Shown here piece by piece: positions 8,709 through 18,042 of a stretch of DNA of 64,000 nt. The stretch spans positions 901 through 64,900 of the forward strand of contig WANT01000024.1 in the NCBI GenBank assembly GCA_015521685.1. The letters run 5' to 3'. The position numbers were made by a program, and so were the translations under genes. The stretch comes from Aeropyrum sp. GTDB taxonomy: Archaea > Thermoproteota > Thermoprotei_A > Sulfolobales > Acidilobaceae. The notes beneath the pieces were generated by a model, which ran no database searches, was not told where the DNA came from, and was given only the letters and a program-made list of their open reading frames with translations. Within the stretch, counting starts at the first letter, position 1; the number at the start of each line of letters is the position of its first letter.

Positions 8709-9530
8709 CTAAGAATTCCACCCTTTGTAGAGCTCGACTCTTCTGTGTTTCAACACTGGGAGGACCCTTCTAGCCCTATCAATCTCCCCGAGGTCCACCT
8801 CGGCAGCCAGTAAATACTCCCTTGGAGGTGCAACGATTCTCGATTGCCCTAGCGGGTCAACCACCCTACTCATACCAATGAAGCTCTTGCCAGCATTGTT
8901 TGCCAACACCACGAAAGAAGTGTTCTCCTGAGCTCTAGCGCTGGCCAGAACCTCGAGGAGGTATTCCTTCATTGGCCCCCTGTACCATCCAGCTGGCACT
9001 ATAAACAAGTCCACACCCGCCAAAGCCTGAACCCTAAATATCTCAGGAAACCTGATCTCATAGCAAATCGCAGCCCCTATGTTAACGCCGCATGCTCTAA
9101 CGGGCTTGAATAAAGCCTCACCTGGAGTGGTGAACTCGCTCTCCCTATATCCAAAGGCGTCGAACAAGTGTGTTTTATAGTACTCAGCAATAACATCCCC
9201 AGAATCGTCTATTAAAACCAGGGTGTTGTATACCCTACCGTCAGGTGATGGCTTGAACAAGTGTCCAGCTACACACGAGCCCTTATCCCTTGCTAAATCC
9301 TTATAGAAAGACTCGAACCGAGTGAAGTACTCTTCAGCAGCTCCTCTGATATCGCTGGCGCTCAAGCCCGTTGGATCCATCATAGTGTACTCTGGGAATA
9401 CTATCAGCCCCCCACCCTTAGTCCTGCTAGTAAGAGTCGTTATTGCTCTAAGGTTCTCCCACGGAGACCGGGTTGAGGCTACCTGAACAATTTCAACGTT
9501 TATAACCAAGGTTAACCTACCCACCCCCAT
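8709..9530 (-). CDS. Carbon-nitrogen hydrolase (nitrilase/Nit1-like amidase)
   Basis: Catalytic triad in FPEY, YYKTHLFD and ICYEIRFPE; ARAQEN. Confidence 0.9.
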   Translation of the reverse strand: MGVGRLTLVINVEIVQVASTRSPWENLRAITTLTSRTKGGGLIVFPEYTMMDPTGLSASDIRGAAEEYFTRFESFYKDLARDKGSCVAGHLFKPSPDGRVYNTLVLIDDSGDVIAEYYKTHLFDAFGYRESEFTTPGEALFKPVRACGVNIGAAICYEIRFPEIFRVQALAGVDLFIVPAGWYRGPMKEYLLEVLASARAQENTSFVVLANNAGKSFIGMSRVVDPLGQSRIVAPPREYLLAAEVDLGEIDRARRVLPVLKHRRVELYKGWNS

Positions 9531-9592
9531 TTTTGATTCCGCGCATCACTATTCTAAAATTAGGCCTTAACAAACCGGTGGTGTAGCTAGTA

Positions 9593-10051
9593 ATGCTGAA
9601 ACTTGGAGACAAAATACCACCGCCACAAGGCATCTCGCTAAGGGGGGCTCTGCTAAGGGTAGAGGAGGATCACATACCCCAAGGTGGGATGATTCTAGCC
9701 CTAACCGGCTCAGTCCGAGATCTTAGGCCTTTTGACAGACTGAAGCACGAATTCCATAGCCTCAACTCCATGGTTGTATCGATTATAGGCAGGAAGCCCC
9801 CAAAGCCTCCCATTAGTAAAGAGCTCGTCAAACTTGCCGATTCTATCACGCTAGTGTTTGACCCCACATTATCCTATCTTAGGCGGCTAGGCGTTGTGAG
9901 AAGAACTTTGCTGGGTTGGCGTGTAGTTTCGACAGTGCTCGTTGTTGATAGGAAGCTCATCGTTAGGGAGATCATCTCGTCGCTACCGCCCGAGCTCATG
10001 GCTGTTAGGGCTTTGCTAGCAGTGAAAGGCTCTAGTAGTGGAGTAGCATAG
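9593..10051 (+). CDS. Peroxiredoxin/AhpC-TSA-like protein lacking all cysteines
   Basis: LKLGDKIP start, LVFDPTLSYLRRLGV and TVLVVDRKLIVR resemble the Prx fold; no Cys in 152 aa. Confidence 0.55.
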   Translation: MLKLGDKIPPPQGISLRGALLRVEEDHIPQGGMILALTGSVRDLRPFDRLKHEFHSLNSMVVSIIGRKPPKPPISKELVKLADSITLVFDPTLSYLRRLGVVRRTLLGWRVVSTVLVVDRKLIVREIISSLPPELMAVRALLAVKGSSSGVA

Positions 10052-10146
10052 ATATCGTGAGGCAATATCGATCTCTAGTTGATAAATTGTGGGTATTTAT
10101 TCGCAAATTTCGCAATCCAACCCACAAATGATAGAGTGGTGTACCT

Positions 10147-10605
10147 ATGATGGTAAGCGAAGGAGAATCGGCTCCAAGCTTTGAAGCCGTGGCTCACACT
10201 GGTGAGAAAGTTAGGCTAGAGGACTTTAGGGGGCGTATAGTGGTACTCTACTTCTACCCCCGTGCAATGACACCAGGATGCACTAGGGAGGGAATCAGGT
10301 TCAACGAGCTTCTAGACGAATTTACGAAGCTTGGAGCAGTGGTTATAGGAGTATCTACCGACCCCGTGGACAAGAATAGGAAGTTCGCTGAGAGAAACGG
10401 GTTTAGATTTCTCCTGGTCAGCGATGAGGATGGGAAGATTGCAAGGTTATATGGAGTTCTAAGGGGGAGTGGTGACAGTCTTTCAGCTGATAGGGTTACT
10501 TTCATAATAGATAGGGACGGTAAGATAGCCCGGATCCTTAGAGGTATCAGGCCTGCTGAGAGGCATGCAGACGAGGCTCTCGCCGTTGTTAAGAGGCTAG
10601 CCTAG
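10147..10605 (+). CDS. bcp: Peroxiredoxin BCP/PrxQ, 1-Cys type
   Basis: YFYPRAMTPGCTRE (PxxxTxxC), GVSTD, LVSDEDG and RVTFIIDRDG; only one Cys in the protein. Confidence 0.92.
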   Translation: MMVSEGESAPSFEAVAHTGEKVRLEDFRGRIVVLYFYPRAMTPGCTREGIRFNELLDEFTKLGAVVIGVSTDPVDKNRKFAERNGFRFLLVSDEDGKIARLYGVLRGSGDSLSADRVTFIIDRDGKIARILRGIRPAERHADEALAVVKRLA

Positions 10606-10923
10606 CTAGCTATTATTGGAGTGTTTTGCTATTTCTCTGGCCAAGATCCCCGCTAGCCTCTCCACTTCTCTCCGTGCATTGTCGAGCAGCGACTTAGCTT
10701 CCTCGGACTCAGCAATCCTGCCTGCCTCTTTAAGCCTCACTATGGTATATAATAGGGCCTCATTTGCGTCTAGAAGAGCTATTATCTCAGGGCTGGGATC
10801 CACTTTCATGAATTCTTTATTGAGGCATTCCACGTGTACAGCTCCTTTTTCTGGGAGAAAGGTGAATCTTTGTCCTTCTATGACCTCTCCTCCACATATG
10901 TAACATGACCACTTTTTCCGCAT
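10606..10923 (-). CDS. DUF2175-like archaeal Zn-binding protein
   Basis: KWSCYICGGEVIEGQRFTF...VHVEC pattern; start placed at MRKKW (ORF track 10959). Confidence 0.7.
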   Translation of the reverse strand: MRKKWSCYICGGEVIEGQRFTFLPEKGAVHVECLNKEFMKVDPSPEIIALLDANEALLYTIVRLKEAGRIAESEEAKSLLDNARREVERLAGILAREIAKHSNNS

Positions 10924-11126
10924 TTTCTTAATCACCCTGTTTCCTCCGGTATGACTCACTGGTTATAACCTGGTTTTCCCGAATTTCGGATTTGTATGTT
11001 TCTCCGCTATATGGTCAATACATCTTGTTTGGTATTATTGGTTTTTTATTTTACTGGAGAGGTGTAGCACATATTGTTAGATTAACGCTGTTAAATATTT
11101 ATATTTGTCACAATATATTTCTCAAT

Positions 11127-12062
11127 ATGGGAACTAGAATGTCGATCCAAACTAGTATGTTTAGGAGGAGAGTTCAGAAGCTTGGCGGTTCTAGCCTAAT
11201 AGTGACTCTTCCCAAAAATTGGGTTAAGAGGATGAATATCGGTGTTGGCGACAGCGTCATAGTTGTGGATGAGGGCGAATACCTAAAGATCATGCCCGAC
11301 AACATTTCGCCTTCAACCAAAAGCCTAACAGTGGATGCATCAACTCTTCCTAGGAATGAAAATACTCTAAGGCACTTTATCAAGTGCGTCTATGCTCATG
11401 GATACGACAGACTTGCCATATTCTCGGATAGCCGGAGCAAAAAGGATGAGGTCCTAGCAACCGAGATATTCAGGAGCGGTAAGAACCTCCTCTTAGAAGG
11501 AGACATACTAGTTAGAAGGATAGTGGCTAGGGACGGGCACATAGTGATGGAGCTCAGACAGACTAACGACGCATCGCCCCAGATAATGGTAAAGACGTAT
11601 GCTAGTCTGTTGAGCAATATGGTAGACGATATAATAATGGGCAAGTTTGATGAGGTTGAAGAAACTGCAGAAAAACTCCTCTCACTGGCCTTCGACATTA
11701 TTAGGGTGAGTATCAACACCTCCAACAGCTGTGAAACAACGAAGACAACCTACCTACCACTCCTCCTAACGACTCTACCCAGACTCCTCCTCAAGGTCGC
11801 AAAAGAGCTAAAGAAGTCAAACACTATATCAAGTGATGATAAGAGAGTTCTAGAGGCTACAAGGAGGACCTTTCTCGAGCTACTGGGAGCCCTAGCTACT
11901 GGCAGTACTAAAAGGTTTGAACAGTCTTTGGCCAACTCAAAGATACTTGAAGGGATTCTGCCAAGCGTGAATGTAAACAAGGAAGTCTACGCGCTAGCAT
12001 CATTTGCAACCGCTAGCATACCGGCCGCCCTCGAACTATCGCTCTGTAGGGCCAAAGAATAG
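11127..12062 (+). CDS. SpoVT/AbrB-domain plus PhoU-like regulator (paralog 1)
   Basis: RRVQKLGGSSLIVTLPKNW...GDSV AbrB motif followed by a helical PhoU-like region; the AT-rich 5' extension of the ORF track (10992) is judged non-coding. Confidence 0.8.
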   Translation: MGTRMSIQTSMFRRRVQKLGGSSLIVTLPKNWVKRMNIGVGDSVIVVDEGEYLKIMPDNISPSTKSLTVDASTLPRNENTLRHFIKCVYAHGYDRLAIFSDSRSKKDEVLATEIFRSGKNLLLEGDILVRRIVARDGHIVMELRQTNDASPQIMVKTYASLLSNMVDDIIMGKFDEVEETAEKLLSLAFDIIRVSINTSNSCETTKTTYLPLLLTTLPRLLLKVAKELKKSNTISSDDKRVLEATRRTFLELLGALATGSTKRFEQSLANSKILEGILPSVNVNKEVYALASFATASIPAALELSLCRAKE

Positions 12063-12314
12063 GTGGCTCATCTCAAGATGATTATATCATGTTTTTGAGG
12101 CCTTTTCCCCCTCGGGTTCGCTCATCACACGTTTCGCGAAGTTGTGGCTCAGCAGCGATCAGGCCCGGGCATCAAGGCCCTCTTAAGTACTCTAGACTTT
12201 TCGCAATCTCTTATCTATTTCCGAATGATGAGTTCGATTTTTGACGATACATATGATGGCTAAGATTTTTATGGTAGACGAAATTACTATTTTAATTAAT
12301 TGGGTGTGAATAGA

Positions 12315-12422
12315 ATGGGAGCAAGTCTTTTTATCCGTGAGAAGATCAAGATAATAGTAACCCCTCTAGACCTGGAAGAGCTTGACGAATATATAGTCCT
12401 AACTTTGGGCCTTGGGTCCTAA
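12315..12422 (+). CDS. Putative 35-aa small ORF (MGASLFIREKIKIIVTPLDLEELDEYIVLTLGLGS)
   Basis: GGTGTGA SD-like motif just upstream of ATG 12315 and an AT-rich TTTTAATTAA element before it; no homology evidence. Confidence 0.3.
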   Translation: MGASLFIREKIKIIVTPLDLEELDEYIVLTLGLGS

Positions 12423-12741
12423 ATACCCAGAAATGAGATCTATCCCCAGCTAAAAGATACTAATAATATTCAATATTTATTTTGGAATTTATTTAGAAGC
12501 GTCGCCCAAGGGGAATGATCATCATTGCCTGTATCTATATGAGGGCGCTCAGTCGACCGTCATCCGCTCATCCATGATACCTAATTTGTTGCTGGAAGCA
12601 ATTATAACTCCATAGAGAGCATTACAGGTCTGAATTATTGACTTTGCAACTTCTATTTCAGGATATGACTTGTAGTAGAAAAAACTTAAAAATCACCCTC
12701 GGACACCTTTCGTTAGATAGACAGTGGAGGTGCTGTAACAG

Positions 12742-14187
12742 TTGTCAGGGTCTAATGCTGCGTTGGGTAATGAGGCTCTCGACCTGGATATATTCTTCGA
12801 AGCACTCGATAAGGCACTCCAACTTGGGTCAACTTACGCCGAAGTAAGATACCACTCTCATGTTGGTGAGGGAGTCTTACTCATCAACGACAATCTCGCA
12901 GGCGGAGATATTAACGTGGAGGCTGGTGTTGCTGTGAGAGTCGTGTACAAGGGTGCACTTGGATTCGCCAGCACAGACAAGCTCGACAGGAATAGCGTTA
13001 TAAAAACTGTTGAAAGGGCTGTTGCTTCCGCTAGAGCTATATCCCACAAGACAAAAGACGCTATTTCTTTGAGTGAGGAGAAGTTAGGGAGAGTGTCATA
13101 CTCACTAAAGCCCCGTGAAAAGTTCTCTGACCTCAGCATCGAGGATAAGGCTAACATCTTAAAGGAGTATAGCAAGAATGTTACCAGCGAGAAGATAAAG
13201 ATTGCTTCTAAGACCTTCAGATATAGTGATGACGTGGAAGAAAAGATTATAGTCACAAGCGATGGAGGCTACATAGAGAGTGCTATACCTCGAGTATCAG
13301 TATTTTACAACATAGCCGCTAGCAGTGGTGATCGTCGTGCAAACAAGTGGGGTCACATAGCAGGCTCCGGTGGTCTCGAGGTTCTAAAGCTTCAGGATCT
13401 TGCTGAGTCACTCTCGAGTGACGTGCACAGCCTCGAGGTAAATCTAGTTGACTCAGAGCCCCCTGTAAAAGGAGTCATGGACGTTATACTGTCCCCGGAG
13501 ATAGTTGGCCTCGCTCTCCACGAGTCCATAGGCCATCCCAGCGAGGCCGACAGGGTGCTGGGCAGAGAGGCCGCACAGGCAGGTCTTAGCTATAGAGAAT
13601 GGATTTCAGGCAGGATTGGTAGCGAACACGTGACTGTTGCTGATGACCCCACAATTCCTAACAGCTATGGGTATTACCTCTTCGACGATGAAGCGGTGCC
13701 CGCTAGAGAGAGAATCCTCATAAAGGAGGGGATATTACACGAGTTACTGCACAGCAGAATCACAGCGGCTAGGATGGGAGTTAGTAGCAATGGCGCGGCC
13801 AGGGCTATGAACCATAGGAGCGAACCTATTGTGAGGATGGCCAATACGTATTTGAAGCCAGGTGACATGAGTCTCGAAGAGCTTGTAGAAGATGTTAAGG
13901 AGGGGGTTTACATTAAAACATATATGGAATGGAACATAGACGAGTACAGGCTCGTGTCGAGGTATGTGGGTTTAGAGGCATACAGAATTAGAAATGGGAG
14001 GTTGGAGAGCCCGGTTAGGGACGTAGTACTTCAAATACCGACGGCTGACTTCTACACTAAAATAGATGGAGTAGGCAAGGACCTTAGTCTCTACGCTGGA
14101 ATATGCGGAAAGGGCGAGCCTCCTCAGCCGCTGCCTGTTTGGATGGGAGGTCCTCACGTAAGATTGAGGGAGGTGCGAGTTGGTTAG
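12742..14187 (+). CDS. tldD: TldD metalloprotease
   Basis: YAEVRY, GVAVRV, HESIGHPSEADR (HExxxH), DDPT, RMANTY and CGKGEP; GGAGGTG RBS upstream. Confidence 0.92.
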   Translation: MSGSNAALGNEALDLDIFFEALDKALQLGSTYAEVRYHSHVGEGVLLINDNLAGGDINVEAGVAVRVVYKGALGFASTDKLDRNSVIKTVERAVASARAISHKTKDAISLSEEKLGRVSYSLKPREKFSDLSIEDKANILKEYSKNVTSEKIKIASKTFRYSDDVEEKIIVTSDGGYIESAIPRVSVFYNIAASSGDRRANKWGHIAGSGGLEVLKLQDLAESLSSDVHSLEVNLVDSEPPVKGVMDVILSPEIVGLALHESIGHPSEADRVLGREAAQAGLSYREWISGRIGSEHVTVADDPTIPNSYGYYLFDDEAVPARERILIKEGILHELLHSRITAARMGVSSNGAARAMNHRSEPIVRMANTYLKPGDMSLEELVEDVKEGVYIKTYMEWNIDEYRLVSRYVGLEAYRIRNGRLESPVRDVVLQIPTADFYTKIDGVGKDLSLYAGICGKGEPPQPLPVWMGGPHVRLREVRVG

Positions 14188-14213
14188 AGCCAGTTTGGAG
14201 TGGGGTGGTAGCG

Positions 14214-15566
14214 ATGAAGAGTAACGTAGGCGAGCTGGAGGACCTAGCTACACAAATAATAGATGCCCTCCGCGTGAAGGTGGATGAAGCCGCGGTCAAA
14301 ATCTCGAGGACCGATACTGTGATGATTAAGGCAGCTAGAGGAAAGCTGACTGTGGGGCAGTCTTTCGAGGATTACGAGGTGAACTTATATCTAGCTAAGG
14401 ATAGAAAGATACTCGTGACCAGTTTCGGCGCGTCTAGCAGAAGCCAGATCCTTGAGAAGGCAGTTAGAATGGTTGATAGCCTCGAGCCTTCGCCGTTCTA
14501 TGCAGAGCTACCAACGCCTACAGGCAAATCGGGCGAGGTCCTCGACAAGAGGATTGTTGATAGCTTCGAGGGGGGAGACTATAGCATTCTCGCCCAAGTT
14601 TTGAGCCCGGACGAGTGGGGCGATCTATCTGGTATGGCTGAGATGGCTGTCCAGACCGAGGCCCTCCTTCTCTCTAATGGCACTCTACTAACAAGCGCGC
14701 GTACCTGGTTCGACGGCTACGCTAGGATTTTCAAAGGTGAGGTCAGCGGTCAGTGGTCCTGGGTTTCCACACGCCTAGACCTAGATCTCTCGTCACAAGC
14801 GTTAGAGAAGGCTAGAGAGCTAGCTGAGATATGCGCTAGCCTCCCAAAAGAGTATCCACCAACAGGCCCCTCCAGACTCCTATTATCACCTATGGTCTCT
14901 GGCAACCTCTTGGAGATAGTTGCATCATCCACACTAGCGAGCAGCGTCCTTCTAGGCTTCTCCATGTTCAGACAAGACGAAATAGGCGAGAAAGTCGCGG
15001 GAGATGCACTGACCATCAGGAGCACACCCCTAGATGAAGAGCTGCCTGGATATTCGACATATGATGATGAAGGTATTCAAACCAGAAACATAGATGTGAT
15101 AAAGGACGGCATACTAAAAACCTTCTTACACAACACTAAGACAGCCAGAATAATGAAGGCCGAGACTACGGGGAATGCTGGCTGGGTGTTCCCCAAGCTA
15201 TTCAACCTAGAAATACTCACTGGCAGTATGAGGGACGGAGAGTTGATGGACGCGCTTGAGGATGGCGTATATCTAACTAACAACTGGTACACCAGGCTAC
15301 AGAACTATCTAGAGGGTAGGTTCTCTACAGTCTTACGAGACGCAGTTATACATGTTTCAGGAGGTAAGCCTAAGTCATGCATACCTGGATATAAGCTGAG
15401 GCTGGAAGGGAGTCTGAGGGGCTTGATAGCAGGCGTAGTAGAGGCAGGCATGACTCAAAATAATATCATGTGGTGGGAGGTCGGCACGCCAACCAAGCTA
15501 CCTCACCTACTGATAGTTGCTAGAGATGACATTAGTTTGAGAAAAGCCAGTGACAACCATAGCTAG
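14214..15566 (+). CDS. pmbA: PmbA/TldE partner protein
   Basis: Follows tldD; YDDEG, GILKTFLHNTKTA and TTGNAG motifs, no HExxxH; start moved to ATG 14214 behind a GGGGTGG RBS. Confidence 0.88.
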   Translation: MKSNVGELEDLATQIIDALRVKVDEAAVKISRTDTVMIKAARGKLTVGQSFEDYEVNLYLAKDRKILVTSFGASSRSQILEKAVRMVDSLEPSPFYAELPTPTGKSGEVLDKRIVDSFEGGDYSILAQVLSPDEWGDLSGMAEMAVQTEALLLSNGTLLTSARTWFDGYARIFKGEVSGQWSWVSTRLDLDLSSQALEKARELAEICASLPKEYPPTGPSRLLLSPMVSGNLLEIVASSTLASSVLLGFSMFRQDEIGEKVAGDALTIRSTPLDEELPGYSTYDDEGIQTRNIDVIKDGILKTFLHNTKTARIMKAETTGNAGWVFPKLFNLEILTGSMRDGELMDALEDGVYLTNNWYTRLQNYLEGRFSTVLRDAVIHVSGGKPKSCIPGYKLRLEGSLRGLIAGVVEAGMTQNNIMWWEVGTPTKLPHLLIVARDDISLRKASDNHS

Positions 15567-16660
15567 GCCAAGAGATTTTTGTCTTCTATCGCCATTAAAA
15601 CTACATCCGATATGCTGGTTCTGCTCTCTTTTAAAGCTCTTGCCAGTCTCTTTAACCCGCTTAAATATTTCTCCCATTGCGTAATACCGCTTTCCAAGAA
15701 CTTGTCTTGAATCGGATTATCCAAACCTGCCAGCCCAGCCACGAAGGCTGGCAATCCCTTCTCTAAACCTACTCCATATCCCCCTTCAAGGACAGCAGCA
15801 ACTCCTGAAATGCTAGCCTCTCTAACTATACGCCCGACTTCGTGATAGAAGTGTGATGTCGCATTTATGCTAGAAAAATGGTTGTCATGAGTGTACGCAT
15901 CGAATCCTGCAGACACTACTATGTAGTCTGGCCTTACAACATCTATTATCGATCTCATCAGGTTTGCAGCGTGCATGTATATATCGCTGCCTGAATGCGG
16001 CGGGACAATAATGTTAATCTTGGTCCCATCAGCCCTCCCTCTCCCAGTATCCTCGGGGAACCCAGTCCCGGGATATATGGTTGTAGGGTCTTGGTGTAAA
16101 TCGACGTGGAAGACCGATGGGTCATCGTAGAATATCTCTTGAGTCCCGTTACCATGATGCACGTCAAAATCTAGCACCACAACCCTGCCCAGTCTGGAAA
16201 GATCCCTCGCTACCAGGGCGGCAGTATTGACAATGCAGAATCCCCCAGTCGGTGCGCCAAGGGCTCGTCCCTTGATTCCAGCATGGTGTCCTGGAGGCCT
16301 ACCCAGTATGAAGGGGGCTATACCTCTTCCAACCATTTTTACAGCAGCTATCGAGGCTCCCGCTAAGCGTTCCAAGGCCGATACTGTACCTATGGAAACG
16401 TAGGTATCGCCGTCAAGCCACTCGAGCCCGCTTTCTGCAGTTCTAAGAACATATCTCAAATAGGACGGGCTGTGGACTTTAGTATATATTGAGAGGTCTC
16501 CCTTGGGAGGCTCCTCTAAAGCTATATTCCCTGAGTTTATCAGTCTGGAGGCATTAAGGCTTTCGAGGGCCATATCAAGCCTCGCTGGGTTCTCCGGGTG
16601 GTCGTAGGGATAGGGTGAGTGTTTTTTGAAATCATCATGGTAGAGGACGGCTACCTCCAT
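15563..16660 (-). CDS. Zn-dependent histone deacetylase family protein (AcuC/APAH-like)
   Basis: HPENPARL, RPPGHH, GFCIVN, DFDVHHGNGTQ, VSAGFDA and LEGGY. Confidence 0.93.
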   Translation of the reverse strand: MEVAVLYHDDFKKHSPYPYDHPENPARLDMALESLNASRLINSGNIALEEPPKGDLSIYTKVHSPSYLRYVLRTAESGLEWLDGDTYVSIGTVSALERLAGASIAAVKMVGRGIAPFILGRPPGHHAGIKGRALGAPTGGFCIVNTAALVARDLSRLGRVVVLDFDVHHGNGTQEIFYDDPSVFHVDLHQDPTTIYPGTGFPEDTGRGRADGTKINIIVPPHSGSDIYMHAANLMRSIIDVVRPDYIVVSAGFDAYTHDNHFSSINATSHFYHEVGRIVREASISGVAAVLEGGYGVGLEKGLPAFVAGLAGLDNPIQDKFLESGITQWEKYLSGLKRLARALKESRTSISDVVLMAIEDKNLLA

Positions 16661-16756
16661 ACCATAGTCCCCTCGGTGATGCGGGGCTTCAGCATACAAA
16701 AGCTAAGAGGCATAGATCTGGGGTTCATCGTCATCGGGGTAGTTATGGTGAGAAAG

Positions 16757-17788
16757 CTACTCTTCTTCTGAAGTTCCGTCAACATGATCTAATGTGCTAT
16801 ACTTTTGTGTTATCATGTGGCAAACCATTATGTTGCTGGCTAGTTCTAGCGTTCTAGCTACGTTGATTATCCTAGAAACTAGATAGGAGTATGCTGGTGT
16901 GGAGCCGTCTACAATTGCCGATAAATTATCTTTGAGATCTAGAATCGACTTTATCTTCCAGTAAGCCTCTTCGACCTTCTTAACACTGTTGGGGTCTATG
17001 TTGGCGGAGAGTGTGGCGAGAGCGACCTCAAGCATCTCTACCAAAAACTTTATCCTATCCTTCTCCTCCTCGGTAAGCTTATCTTTAAGCACGAGGACCT
17101 CGAGCCCGACATCATACATCTCATCCATCGCCGCAGAGAGCATGGCAGCGTAGAGGAAGAAATATAGGCTCATGATAGACTCTATGCCACCCCTAGCAGT
17201 ATTTACTGTCACCGCCCTCAACAGCCTATATCCGCTTCTAAACATCTCAACCCTAACACTCTCAAGAGTAGATTTAGGCACGTTCTCCCCGCTTTCCACG
17301 GCCTTCAACACGGTCTCAGAGTATCCTATTAGATGTCTTCCAAGCGTTTTGAGTGCCTGCCATGGATCCTCAACTGGGCTCTCGAGGTCAATAGTCACCT
17401 TCCTATCCCTTCCAGTAATGTAGATGTATGGGAGTAGGGTCATCAGGTTCTGGAGTCTCTCTATTATCTCTTTTACAGTGCCCTGCCTAGGGGATGATAT
17501 CACAACCTTATCCTGGCCGAAGATAAAACCACATAGGATAAGCCTGGAGACGTGCTTAACAATCCTCTTATGCCTTCCATCAAAATGGACAACAATACTC
17601 CTCGTGGAATTAGTCGGAAGAATAATAAGCCTATCCCCTATATCAACAAGGGAAACTATGTCGCCAACGTCCACATTATTCCTCTTTGCCCACTCCTTGG
17701 GTATGGTAACTATCAGAGAGGACGCCCCCAGTCTCTGGACCTTCCGTGGAATGAACACAAAGGTTCGGGAAGCCTCGTTAACCGACAA
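16757..17788 (-). CDS. SpoVT/AbrB-domain plus PhoU-like regulator (paralog 2)
   Basis: RKVQRLGASSLIVTIPKEW...GDIV AbrB motif and a helical C-terminal region. Confidence 0.82.
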   Translation of the reverse strand: MSVNEASRTFVFIPRKVQRLGASSLIVTIPKEWAKRNNVDVGDIVSLVDIGDRLIILPTNSTRSIVVHFDGRHKRIVKHVSRLILCGFIFGQDKVVISSPRQGTVKEIIERLQNLMTLLPYIYITGRDRKVTIDLESPVEDPWQALKTLGRHLIGYSETVLKAVESGENVPKSTLESVRVEMFRSGYRLLRAVTVNTARGGIESIMSLYFFLYAAMLSAAMDEMYDVGLEVLVLKDKLTEEEKDRIKFLVEMLEVALATLSANIDPNSVKKVEEAYWKIKSILDLKDNLSAIVDGSTPAYSYLVSRIINVARTLELASNIMVCHMITQKYSTLDHVDGTSEEE

Positions 17789-18042
17789 ACCCCGTGCCCC
17801 GGTATTTTAACCCTCACGTTAAGCTGGTATAAATTTTGAAACGTTTTAAACATGTTAAACACTATAAAGACACTGCTCTCAACAGCCGAGAGGCAGAGAG
17901 GGATATTACCGGGAGAAAGGTTCTTATCAACCAATCCACATCAACTGTAGGCATAGCCACGACAGAATAATATAAGGAGCCTTATTAGTCCTTAGAACAT
18001 AGATATAATGTTGGAGGTAGTCCTTCAAGAGGTGAAGGAACT

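Noticed and set aside
12549-12573. C/D-like GGATGAG...CTGA on the minus strand
   Set aside because: Only one C/D pair is present; no properly spaced second pair.
17807-17822. TTAAC-N6-GTTAA as an operator shared with TTAAC-N3-GTTAA upstream of the other AbrB-PhoU gene
   Set aside because: The spacers differ (6 vs 3 nt), and such short AT-rich repeats arise by chance.
17836-17970. 44-codon open frame in the divergent promoter region
   Set aside because: TTG start without an RBS, overlaps promoter-like AT tracts, no recognisable motif.
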